The notes below the pieces were generated by a model. That model worked only from the letters and a program-made list of their open reading frames with translations, made no database searches and had not been told where the DNA came from. DNA of 55,838 nucleotides, taken from Spirochaetales bacterium (GTDB taxonomy: Bacteria; Spirochaetota; Spirochaetia; JABEVK01). This document shows positions 11,401 to 18,499 of the stretch, piece after piece (the stretch's first letter is position 1; the number at the start of each line of letters is the position of its first letter). Both the position numbers and the translations under genes were made by a program. The stretch covers positions 1 through 55,838 of the forward strand of contig JBAXAI010000024.1 in the NCBI GenBank assembly GCA_037142615.1. Reading direction: 5' to 3'.

Positions 11401-14400
11401 AAGAACGCGATCGAGTCGCTTTCGCTCCAGCCGTAGCCCGAAGTGTAGTCGGGGGCGGGGTAGTTCGCCTGGGAACTCACGTCTTTGACCCGCACTTGCA
11501 CGTGGCGGTTGCCTTGGCTGGTCATGTCGGTGATTTCGTGGCTCCACGAAACGACGACCGAGTCCGAAGGTGGCGGGTTGCTGATGTTGACCCAGCCTTC
11601 GCCCGTGTCGAGGTAGTCGCCGTCACCATTGCGGTCGAGGCGGATTTGAATCGTCGAATGCGCCACCGCGTCATCGTCGGAAACGGTGCCGATGATGGTG
11701 ACGTTGCCGGCGGGCAGGCGACTCGAGCTCGAAGTGTTGAGGTTGCTGAAGCCGACCACCGGCTTGTCGGAGTTCTGATCGACAGTGACCAGGCGCTCGA
11801 GGGGCGTCCCCACGTTGCCGATGGCATCGACCGCGACAACCCGGATTCGGTAGCCGTTGGCTCCCGACTGATAGACGGCGGTCGTGTCGATGGTCGTGTT
11901 CCAGATGCCGGTGCCCACGAGCAGGGTGTAGCCACCCGCCGAGTACAAACCGTTGGGGTTGGCCACGCTCGGGATGCTGGTCTGGGCCGGGAGGGCTGGA
12001 TCGGGCGCCGTGACCAGGCCGTGCCACAGGAACACCGCGCCAACCTTGCGGTTGTCGGAAGCCTCGCCGCTGACCTTCACCGCAAGGCCGTTGAGCGTTT
12101 CGGAGGCGCCCGGCTGCAGGTAGCTGACACTCGGGGTATCCTTGTCGATCGTAATGGGAACCTGCTGGGTGGCGTCGGAGCCTCCCACGTCGGTCGAGAC
12201 GACTTGCAGCGTGTATTCGCCAGTGCCGAGCGCCGAGATGTCGACGGTGCCCGAGAAGGGAATATCGACCGACGGGTCGATAATGGCCAACCCGGTGCCC
12301 GTTCCCGCGCCGGTTGCGGCGAAACTGGTGCCCACGGACGGCGAAACGCCGGCCCCGAGGGCGGTCCAATTGGTATTGCCCAGCGCGGTGATCTTGTAGG
12401 TCAAACCGGTCACCAACGCCGTCGGAGAGATTGCCGGAATGGGGTTGGAGTTGCTGTACACCACCGTGTAGTTGACGCCGTCAAACGAGTACTTGACCCG
12501 CACTACGCCCAACAGGTCCTTGGTGGTGCCGCTGAGGCTCAGGTTGCTTCGGTAGGTGCCCGACAGCGGCGCGGTCACCTTGATACTGGGAGGACCAAAG
12601 TCGACCGAGAAGAGGACAGAGCCCGACTGCTGCCAGGAGTAGTTCGAAGTCACACCGTAAATCGTGGACCACGAGCCGGCGTCCTGATTGTCGCGGGCGC
12701 GCACCTGCAGGCCAAAAACGCCCTGCGGGAAGCCGGTGAGTTGAATCTTTGCCTGAACCAGCGAGCCGTCCGAGGCCGGTTTGACCTCGACGGGGTACCA
12801 GGTGGCCTCGTTTTCCCACTTGTCCGTCGTGACGCCGTTGGGAACATCGTTGTCGGCGCCGAGCACGGCGTTTCCGCTCCAGAAGTCGCGCTGCAGGTCG
12901 TAATTGCCATCATTGTTGAGGTCGATGCGGTATTCGAGGTCCGACACCTTCACTTTGTCATCGTCCTGAATGGTCAGCAGGATGGTCGGGTTTTTGCCCA
13001 GGCCGTTGTCGAAGTTGGCCGAAGCCGCGACGTTGAGGTTGTCAAAACCGATGAGGGGCCGATCCGAGTTTTGGTTGATCACCAGGGCCGGCGTGACTTT
13101 CAGCGACTTCGTGTTCGGCGTTGAGCCGGGCACGGCGTCGCGAATGGCCAAGTACAGGTCGTAGGTGCCGTCTGCCAGCGTCGTGGTGTCGAAGTTGAAC
13201 GAGAACACCGAGCTGGCCGAGGTGACCGAGGTCCAGGTGACCACGTCGGCCGCGCTCGAAGCTGGCACCACGCCCGACGCGACGATCTTGTAGTACCCTT
13301 GGTAGTTGCTGCCCGACTTTTCGAGGCCGACTCCGGCGTCATCGCCGCTGAACCGGAAGGTCATCAGGCCGTTGACCTGACTGGTCGTGACGTTCAGCCC
13401 CGCTAAGATACCATCCACCGTCAAAGTGGGCTTGGTGGTGTCGATCACGACATTCCGGGTCAAGGTCGTCGGCTTGCCCACCACATCGGTGGCGGTCACG
13501 GTAAACGAAAGGTTCCCGTCCTGGCTTCCGTCGGTGGCGACGGTGAAGGGGTAGCTCCAGGTGCCACCGACCACGGTCACTTTGTACGGCGTCGCGTTAT
13601 AGGTGACCTCGACGTAAGGAACCGCTGGCGTGCCCGAATTGCTGTCGTCATCCCAGGTCTGCAAACCGTTGGTGTCGCCTGCGGCACCCGTCAGCGTGAA
13701 GCTGGCGTTGACGCGCGCGGTGGCGGCTCCCACGCCGGTCTCTGTCAGCGAGGGCGGCGACTGGTCGAGGTTGAAGGCGACCGAAACCGGCGTGCTCACC
13801 AGTCCGACACCGTCGGAAGCCCGCACGTACAGGGTCTTGGCCCCTTCGGATCCGAGCGAGATGGCCTTGTTCCAGTTGGTGCCGCCGTTGAGGGCAAACC
13901 AGTTGGTATTGTCGAGGGAGTATTCGACCGAGGCGACCCCAGAGCCCGTTCCGTCGCTCGCGGTGCCGGCAACGGTGATGTTCGAGGTCGACACGACGTC
14001 TCCGGGCGCAGGGCTGCTGATCACGACCGTGGGCGCAGTGGTGTCGATGATGACTGTCCGCGAAAGGGTCGCTGTGCGTCCCACCGAGTCCGTCGAGACC
14101 ACGGTATACACATACGTCCCATCGCCCGCCGCCACGGGCACCGAGATCGACCAGGAAGTGGTGCCCGTCACGGTCGGCGCGCTCTGGGCAACGCCGTTCT
14201 TGAGCAAAGTGGCCGTCACCGACGCCAAACCGTTCGCGTCGGAGCTTGTGCCGGTCAGCGTGGAGTTCACTTTGATGCTCTGGGTGGAGGCCGCAGCAGA
14301 GGCAACCAGGGGGTCAAAGCGGTCCACCACAAAGGTCTGCGCGGCTTCGGCAGAGAGGTTGCCAGCGCGGTCGGTGGCCCACACCGTCACGGTGTGACTT

Positions 14401-17400
14401 CCTTCGGCGAGTCCACTGACATCGACGGTGCCAAACCAATTGTCGGTGCCGGTCAGCGTCCCCGTTGCCACTCCGAGAGCGACGCCATCGAGGCGGTAAC
14501 TCATGGTCTGAACACCACTTCCGCTTCCATCACCCGTCGTGCCGGCAACAGAAAGTGAGCTGGTGACATACGCGCCGGGAGTGGTGCTGAACACCGGGAG
14601 CGTTGGCACGGTGGTGTCGATGAGCACGTTTCGTGTCACCGTCGCCGTCCGCCCTGCCGCGTCGGTAGCGATGAACTGGAGGGCGAAGGTGCCGTCGGTT
14701 GTCGCGGGCAGGCTGTAGCTCCAGGCCGAGGTTCCCGTCACGGCCACGGCAGCGGCGCCATTGAGACTCACTTTCACGGTGGCTAACGCGTTGGTGTCGC
14801 TCGCGGTGCCGCCGAAGTTCACCGCCGTTTTTCGGTTCACCAGCGAAGTCGTCAGACCCGAGGTGGTTTCGCCCAGCAGAGGATCTTCGGTGTCGTAGTT
14901 GAACGTCCGGGTGACCGTAGCGTAGCCGTTGAGCCCGTCGGTAGCCCGGAAGTACACGGTTCGTGCTCCCTGCGCGGTCTCAGCGCCGACGGGGGAACTG
15001 AAGTCGAGGCCCAGGGTGCTCCAGTTGAGTCCGGCCAGCGTGATCGCGGTCCAGGTGCTGTTGTTGCGGCTGTACTCCAGGCTTGCAACACCCTTGCCGC
15101 CGTTGTCGGTCACCTGACCCCGAAGCACGTACGAAGTCGTAGCTACCAACTCGCTCGCCACCGGGTTGGTCACGGTCAAGTCGGGGGCCGAAGTATCGAC
15201 GACAACATTTCGCGTGAAACTCGTGGTCCGCCCCGGGGGGCCCGACTTGTCCGTGGCCGTAAACGTGAGCTCGTACGACCCGTCGCCCGCCGAGACCGGC
15301 AACGTCGCCGTCCACGTGCCGTTCGCCGGGTTGGTCGAGTTGAGAAGGCTCGTGGCGGCAGCGCCGTTTTTCGAGGCCGTGACGACCACCGACGCGAGCA
15401 GGTTTCCGTCACTCGCATTGCCGCCAAAGACGACGTTCGCATTCTTGTAGACCACCGAGGCGCTGGGAATCGTCGAGGTGCTTTCGGTGAAGGTTGGGTC
15501 GGCCAGGTCGACCTGGAACGGAATGCTGAACGGCGTCGAGACGTTGCCCGCCTTGTCGGTGGCCCGGAACTCGATGGCGCTGCTCAGGTTGTTGCCAAGC
15601 CCAGTCAGACTGACCGACCAGGTATTGGTCCCCGTAGCGGTCAACCAGTTCGTGCCGCCGTCAACCGAATACTCCACCTTCTGGATGCCGCTCAGCGGGT
15701 CGGTGGCTACCCCCAAAATAAGAAGGTTCGCGGGAGTCGCTTCGCTCGTCGACTTCACCACGTCGCCCGCCGCGAGGTTCGACACATCGCTGGCGGTGAA
15801 GACCGGCGCGACTCGGTCAATGGTAAAGGTCACGCTTTGCGTGGACGTTTTTCCTACCGAGTCGGTGGCCGTCACGCTCCAGGTGTGCGCCGCGTTGGCG
15901 TAGGTTCCCGAAGGCAAAGCGATCGATGCGGTTGCCCAAGTGCCGGCGCTGGCGGAAATTGTGCTTTTGGTGGTACCAAACTCATCCTTCACGACCATCG
16001 AAACCGGCGTTGCCGAAGCGCTGTCGTTGTCGTCGCTGGCGGTGCCGGTCAGCGTGATGGCATTGTTGGACCAACCCGTTGTCGCGTCAATGCCAAGTTG
16101 AGGCGGGCTTTTGTCGATGACGAAGCTGAGCGCCGGGAGGGTGGACAGGAGCCCGTTCACGTCGTTGACCCGCAAGGCGGTCGTGTGCACCCCCGACGCC
16201 AGCGCCGAAACATCGTGGCTGAAGGTGACACTGCGGCTGTTCGAAGCAGGCTTGGTGGTGACAGCAACCCACGAGCCACCATCGACTTGCGCCTGCAGGG
16301 TACTGACATTGACACCATCGTCGTCGGTCACGGTTGCCAGCACTTTGGCTCCGTTCTCGAGCAGATTCGACTTGGCAACACTGTAGGTTTGGCTGGTCAC
16401 CGACGCGTCGAGCGTCGTCAGGGCAAAACTGGCCAAATCGGAGGACTGGTCGACCAGGAAATCGAACTTGCCGAAACCGGTGTTGTTGGCCTTGTCCTGG
16501 GCTTGAACCCAAACGGTGTAGGCCGTGTTGTCGGTGAGGGCCAACGTGTCGATGGTTCCGCCGTACGGCGTGGAGGTGAACGTGCCCGTCGGTGTCGAGC
16601 TGTAGGCCGGTTGGGCGGTGGCCGTGGGCTGGATCCAATAGCGGACTCCTCCCAGTCCGTTGCCGTCCGACGCGATGGCCGTGAAGTTTACGCTGCCGTT
16701 CACCTTGTTGGCTCCCACCAAAGGCGTCAGGCTGGTGATTTCGACTCCCGGTGCCGTCCGGTCAAACACCAGGGTTCTGTACACGGTCGTGGTCTTGCTG
16801 GCGGTGGAAAGGACAAGGCGGTAAGAATACGTTCCGTCGGTCAGTGAACCGCCCACAGGGAGACTGGAGCTTGTCCATTGTGAGTTCGGGAAGCTTCCTC
16901 CTGAGGCTGAAATTGTCGGAGCGTCAACCTTGGGGTTCCCATCGCGGCTTTCTTCGATGGCGATCCCGACCAAGGGCAGGCCGCTGAAAGCGGTTCCGGT
17001 CAGCTGGAAGGGAGCGTTGACGTACTTTGTCGTGTTCCCCACAAAGGTCTCGGTCAGGGTGGGCGCCTCGCTGTCGATGGTAAACACCGACACCTGGGTT
17101 CCGGTCTGGCTGCCCGACGACTTGGCGGCCACGGTGATGTAGTACGTTCCTGGAGGAATGGTTGCCCCCCCGGAAGCGTTGGTACCATCCTTGAGGGCCA
17201 CGCTGAACCCTAGGCTTTCGCCCAGCGAGGTCAGCTTGAGGTTGGCGGCGTAGCCCGCTGCGGCCGCGTCGGTGAAGTCATTGAGCACGGTGTTGGGGTA
17301 CCCCGCCTGCGTGTACACCTTGACGCGCAGACTCGTCAAATCAACGGCGCCCGTGTTGGACGGCGGGATGATGTTGCCGGTGATGATCGAACCCGGACTC

Positions 17401-18350
17401 AGCACGTTCGTCGAGGCCGTACCCACAGCGTCCATGTTCGAAAACTGCACGTTCGGCACCGAAACGGCCAAAAACTTGAAGTCGCCAAATTGGGCACCCG
17501 AGCCGGTGGCCAGCCGCTTGGTCGCCAAAGCGCTGTATTGAATGCCCGAGGCCGATTGACCCGCCCCCGCCGCGTCGAGCTTGCCTAGCTCGGTGACCGT
17601 CGGGAAGGGCGTGTTCGCGGGGAGCAGTCCGTAAATGTCGTTGCTGGAGTAATACCAGGCGTTGGTGAGGCGCGCCGCATCGGTGGTTTGAACCTGATAG
17701 TAATAGGTGGTGCCGTCAGCGAGTGGCAGGGCATTCAGCAGCGCAAAGCGGACCGACCAGGTGTTGGTGCCATCGGCGGTCTTGCTCTCCAAGGTGGTTC
17801 CCGCGCCGTCGAGGAGCGTGACCGTTACCGCCGAGATGGGTGACTGGTCGTAGACTTCGCCCTTGAGGTCGATGGTGTCGGTAAAGCGGGGCAGCAGGCT
17901 GTCATCGGGACCATGGCTCAGCGGATAGGTGACCAACACGGTGGGAGGAACATTGTCCATGTAGACCAACCGGGAGTCGGTGGCCGTTTTGCCAGAGGCA
18001 TCGCTGGCCACAACGGTGAGGATGTTTTGGCCCTCCTCAAGGGCTTTGGCTGTGCTTGTCGAAAGGTCCACCGACCAGTCGGATCCGGTCAAGGTGGCAG
18101 GAACCGAGAGCTCACCCGACGAGCCGACCCAGCTGACCACCACCGAGGTGACGCCGAGGTCATCGGTGGCGGTTCCTGTGATGGTCAGGACTCCGCTGTG
18201 GTATTCGCCGGTCTTGGCTGGGCTGGTAATGGCCACTTTGGGCGCGGTGACGTCGACCTTGGACCCGAGTCCAGCCTCACAAGCTGCCAAGAGCAACAAG
18301 GAAGCCATAGCGCTGAGAAGTAGCCATGCCCTCACCCCGGGAAACCTCAT
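2418..18350 (-). CDS. Giant (~5,310 aa) surface lipoprotein with dozens of tandem bacterial Ig-like domains; probable adhesin
   Basis: Uninterrupted 16-kb ORF. Lipobox LLLLAA-C-EAGLG. Recurrent 'D.T.P...I..P....V.G...V.G.A.D..G...V' and 'A.D.AGN' Ig repeats; T/S/G/A-rich. ATG 18350 has GAGGGG upstream (the ORF track begins at 18404). Confidence 0.9.
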   Translation of the reverse strand: MRFPGVRAWLLLSAMASLLLLAACEAGLGSKVDVTAPKVAITSPAKTGEYHSGVLTITGTATDDLGVTSVVVSWVGSSGELSVPATLTGSDWSVDLSTSTAKALEEGQNILTVVASDASGKTATDSRLVYMDNVPPTVLVTYPLSHGPDDSLLPRFTDTIDLKGEVYDQSPISAVTVTLLDGAGTTLESKTADGTNTWSVRFALLNALPLADGTTYYYQVQTTDAARLTNAWYYSSNDIYGLLPANTPFPTVTELGKLDAAGAGQSASGIQYSALATKRLATGSGAQFGDFKFLAVSVPNVQFSNMDAVGTASTNVLSPGSIITGNIIPPSNTGAVDLTSLRVKVYTQAGYPNTVLNDFTDAAAAGYAANLKLTSLGESLGFSVALKDGTNASGGATIPPGTYYITVAAKSSGSQTGTQVSVFTIDSEAPTLTETFVGNTTKYVNAPFQLTGTAFSGLPLVGIAIEESRDGNPKVDAPTISASGGSFPNSQWTSSSLPVGGSLTDGTYSYRLVLSTASKTTTVYRTLVFDRTAPGVEITSLTPLVGANKVNGSVNFTAIASDGNGLGGVRYWIQPTATAQPAYSSTPTGTFTSTPYGGTIDTLALTDNTAYTVWVQAQDKANNTGFGKFDFLVDQSSDLASFALTTLDASVTSQTYSVAKSNLLENGAKVLATVTDDDGVNVSTLQAQVDGGSWVAVTTKPASNSRSVTFSHDVSALASGVHTTALRVNDVNGLLSTLPALSFVIDKSPPQLGIDATTGWSNNAITLTGTASDDNDSASATPVSMVVKDEFGTTKSTISASAGTWATASIALPSGTYANAAHTWSVTATDSVGKTSTQSVTFTIDRVAPVFTASDVSNLAAGDVVKSTSEATPANLLILGVATDPLSGIQKVEYSVDGGTNWLTATGTNTWSVSLTGLGNNLSSAIEFRATDKAGNVSTPFSIPFQVDLADPTFTESTSTIPSASVVYKNANVVFGGNASDGNLLASVVVTASKNGAAATSLLNSTNPANGTWTATLPVSAGDGSYELTFTATDKSGPPGRTTSFTRNVVVDTSAPDLTVTNPVASELVATTSYVLRGQVTDNGGKGVASLEYSRNNSTWTAITLAGLNWSTLGLDFSSPVGAETAQGARTVYFRATDGLNGYATVTRTFNYDTEDPLLGETTSGLTTSLVNRKTAVNFGGTASDTNALATVKVSLNGAAAVAVTGTSAWSYSLPATTDGTFALQFIATDAAGRTATVTRNVLIDTTVPTLPVFSTTPGAYVTSSLSVAGTTGDGSGSGVQTMSYRLDGVALGVATGTLTGTDNWFGTVDVSGLAEGSHTVTVWATDRAGNLSAEAAQTFVVDRFDPLVASAAASTQSIKVNSTLTGTSSDANGLASVTATLLKNGVAQSAPTVTGTTSWSISVPVAAGDGTYVYTVVSTDSVGRTATLSRTVIIDTTAPTVVISSPAPGDVVSTSNITVAGTASDGTGSGVASVEYSLDNTNWFALNGGTNWNKAISLGSEGAKTLYVRASDGVGLVSTPVSVAFNLDQSPPSLTETGVGAATARVNASFTLTGAAGDTNGLQTWDDDSNSGTPAVPYVEVTYNATPYKVTVVGGTWSYPFTVATDGSQDGNLSFTVTATDVVGKPTTLTRNVVIDTTKPTLTVDGILAGLNVTTSQVNGLMTFRFSGDDAGVGLEKSGSNYQGYYKIVASGVVPASSAADVVTWTSVTSASSVFSFNFDTTTLADGTYDLYLAIRDAVPGSTPNTKSLKVTPALVINQNSDRPLIGFDNLNVAASANFDNGLGKNPTILLTIQDDDKVKVSDLEYRIDLNNDGNYDLQRDFWSGNAVLGADNDVPNGVTTDKWENEATWYPVEVKPASDGSLVQAKIQLTGFPQGVFGLQVRARDNQDAGSWSTIYGVTSNYSWQQSGSVLFSVDFGPPSIKVTAPLSGTYRSNLSLSGTTKDLLGVVRVKYSFDGVNYTVVYSNSNPIPAISPTALVTGLTYKITALGNTNWTALGAGVSPSVGTSFAATGAGTGTGLAIIDPSVDIPFSGTVDISALGTGEYTLQVVSTDVGGSDATQQVPITIDKDTPSVSYLQPGASETLNGLAVKVSGEASDNRKVGAVFLWHGLVTAPDPALPAQTSIPSVANPNGLYSAGGYTLLVGTGIWNTTIDTTAVYQSGANGYRIRVVAVDAIGNVGTPLERLVTVDQNSDKPVVGFSNLNTSSSSRLPAGNVTIIGTVSDDDAVAHSTIQIRLDRNGDGDYLDTGEGWVNISNPPPSDSVVVSWSHEITDMTSQGNRHVQVRVKDVSSQANYPAPDYTSGYGWSESDSIAFFIDNGPPTLNLASPTIGQKFKTGQFTLSGDTNDTNGIQKVNVWVDDNDNQTRDAGEETWLTGPNVAATAMLNSYTYTIKTVGTTDFTLYGAPNNNVGTTFVATGPGLGNGVLQDSPLTYDETSYPITATITSFSNATKSVKAVQVTSYDISGASTTRDLSIVYDPTAPTATVNTPTDTATVNGNLFVSGLASDNYQLTNVYYALSPAAAAAPAFPAGYSALNQSYSWNFTYDTTALADGAYTLRVVATDTAGNDSSASPALVHVTVDQTSDRPVLHVLTLSEAGSAVENLLPASLQISGTVADDDSVDKTKLQVRTRVLPAGSFGAWSSVSGPPAANVSLATFSHTFTGFTDGQYEVQLRAADTNDTLAVTALQNGATYTILTAGTTNFTLVGAADSNVGTTFTATGPGTGTGTVGWRTFSTGTSATIKFAVDLNLPAGTIAAPAQGAAKNADVAISGSATDASGVKKVTIAYDTGSGYGAEKVLFSDTNAADGYATPVAWNDTYLVTGSNDGQTFYRVTITDAFDKVRTYEQYFTVDTTAPTNSFLVPASGATVNGSVEVRGNSSDTNQMAGVYYKVNNNTGPGTWATGVPTANGWTLLSGTYNWTQRFKSTTLADGAAKVYLLAIDAAGNRSDPTLAANQLALTVDQATNLPVITLTTANNALLDNTGAVTGTITDDDGVDTSTLQISFDSGSTWRAVSNPGANGLNVSFSHAVAAGAGLTERAAAYGVVVRVSDLGETFVDTSQNIAAVTTTSSSIQIKKDDSAPSGAVSTLDNGLGAVATLQGAYISSQVTLTGTASDGVGVSTVEARLVGVGAFAAVTNTGTNYSTWSWAQTGLSLSGSSVNLEVRVTDVNGRQTVQSYTLLIDTTLPSTSFDSAALNPDTSTGTYNGTVTFRGGAADNVLISKVYTKFAAADPGAPNASFAGWTLAAGTYSWTAALDTATVNNTVVDQAHKLWVVSVDGAGNVSTRQSLSFTINQGSDKPVITLSAPTAAQVFDVSAKALGTVTDDDGLTTVEVRIDRNNDGDFADANEGYVPVSLPASISGKSINLEHVLSTLADGDYKLQIHATDSLFTSTGATPFNEASTAVLSFSIDTAPPTLTLSQITVPDRYAVAADRLITSNFNGSYVNNDLTLQLTATDAAGITSVQVQVDRNGDGDFADAGEAYAAATLNGVTGKYDFALALDLAGHSLDGTRNIQYLATDGHGKTTTGLVTLIVDTVEPVISFTSPVLTTTIGADAPNVNGTVNVLGSVTDSSAVSSLVASGGLTRVSMNPGVNLLSWKVTFASGTYANATDSTSQGSNIWRFPLEAIATDIAGNKSQAANSTGYLDIDPDSDKPIVTLAAPSFSAPATYASVSGSFLVSGSVTDDDGAQSALLQIDFNDDGLYANVGLPAGTGLDLNNDGDKADDFESEAVAKTISVTNGAWSILLNQLSELNKTNLIARGFASANGFLRLKVTPVDINGLQGSPQTIRLYIDSTEPTILGPATDGVTPSANPTPATGSLQRGTLTIRALFKDDQSIPNTSMQVSLDGGNNFSDITSISGATISADVGSGNPYTYRIAIPIDTKTAVTGGNGDLQVSLKLTDQTFKQTTSSLTYHVDNTLPSLAFNTANSVFGAGLSYQGTPPAETYSFYGGTNSVSVPANNGTANEVLGQASDAGTISGIDHINVYFVKGTNFVRPSTPGGTLATASYLSTSGTELYNQAGTLATGIPFTEDPNYAITIDKRTELGQFDANTSLGDGDGFQESLKAKSGSNGAYDEWYSYFDTTVLPDGPLTVYFVAYDQAGNKRFGTVAGQVTNYPPSLPVVTVNGSNLSGSPWKVKTGAAASSPMTVVLTANDTGASANIASTGWRLDVVGRYGNGADVSASADTTYSGWYYGTSGVRDFSAKGSGSTLPVTATVSIYVNGGGTGQESSFTNGYWYLLRGTATDADGNIATQDFFLKINNSDNTAPTVTFPELSQTAVADWTAKTPLSLDVPTAALTAASANISAALPGWITAGTKVMWANGNAPGGFSPGTVYYVISNANPFQLSATNGGAAIAVTSVATATNYTLVSGGHVEAKADSAYDQTTADADVSGGLRLSGTAADDTDVKAVGVQINGVGASLTVTGGSSTLAATANGLTNGTPIYFTASAMPAGLTAGTTYYVVSAATNSFAVSTTVNGTAITPTTGGTSVQFWLQAVAVQQPGGSVTTGYSYTWSLVWDSSRIATVAAANVTLKVNAVDLAGNATNADLGTAGTVDVVPYITSITDPTGLPATILRGSNGGYSITSSATNKLTAYGYNLGRTSFQATAWSGSTVAAYATGVPNANTANSGALTLDATYPTNTVQVTKNWTRSGYLTLVVNSVPSGNNLDNNANANNSEATGAVTAAKWNDNRFLWVWNTKQVAVTSLTTTAVNPALMTYSNAEMIVNPTNDQPEFAFDDDNGGILVYNTSDTAATRKSGYRKMGQAGFATATIGGVYQRFFVSAFDSMVGNVDNTGLLEVLGWNAYLQTVDSFGQNYNPSVPANGGTNWMALQGNDYYSTSYSTTGGNYRYMSRFPHPKLLAAASTVNANWANIWLSYYDASPYAQSINYVSFAYQQTAAGGAAATGNITATTIGPSRNAFVLPVPGTQLGSSSPFFGMARVGNSGIAVAYYDAAAGTLKLATSAAAFNYLGTAGAAGTDNKTNMTANVRPVTTVTIANGTSANYDGKYFVINDMATPYAVYFDASAGQTGTLPAGAVSAGITNGIKVNITGLATAANIGNALNIALRASLAFRDTAINATATFGITAIDYAPATAPSVGTVGAGNITLTVATAGLTNWSTITIDSGTTVGSDVSLVSDGTNLYMAYKDLSNGQLKFARVPWAGTGAPSQGSVSVVVVDGQPSATTTVGAWTNISMMPMPTVTGASGSQPVIAYYADSFGGTKNSIRLAIPRFDATGVATLSAGVDGSDNYTGDWEVMTIQAVTNPIGGEEKFNKVQLGKYSSSTLPVVGWVGTKPEYAKLQPNN

Positions 18351-18461
18351 TCCTTTGTAACCCCTCGCTCCTTGAGACCAACTGCCGAGATCAACATACC
18401 GCAAATGGAGATAATTGACAACTTCCCCTATCTTGTTCTATCGGCATTTGGAGCTCTTTGC

Positions 18462-18490
18462 TTGAAATAACCCCGTGAATTGCCTATTCT
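18462..18490 (+). promoter_or_regulatory. sigma70-type promoter of the murC operon
   Basis: TTGAAA (18462-67), 17 nt, TATTCT (18485-90). The ATG follows 9 nt later with no Shine-Dalgarno. Confidence 0.6.
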
Positions 18491-18499
18491 GGCCCCATC

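Noticed and set aside
2418-18350. Prophage or tail-fibre gene interpretation of the giant ORF
   Set aside because: It has a lipobox and cellular Ig repeats, and no phage genes flank it. Only short inserted modules look phage-like.
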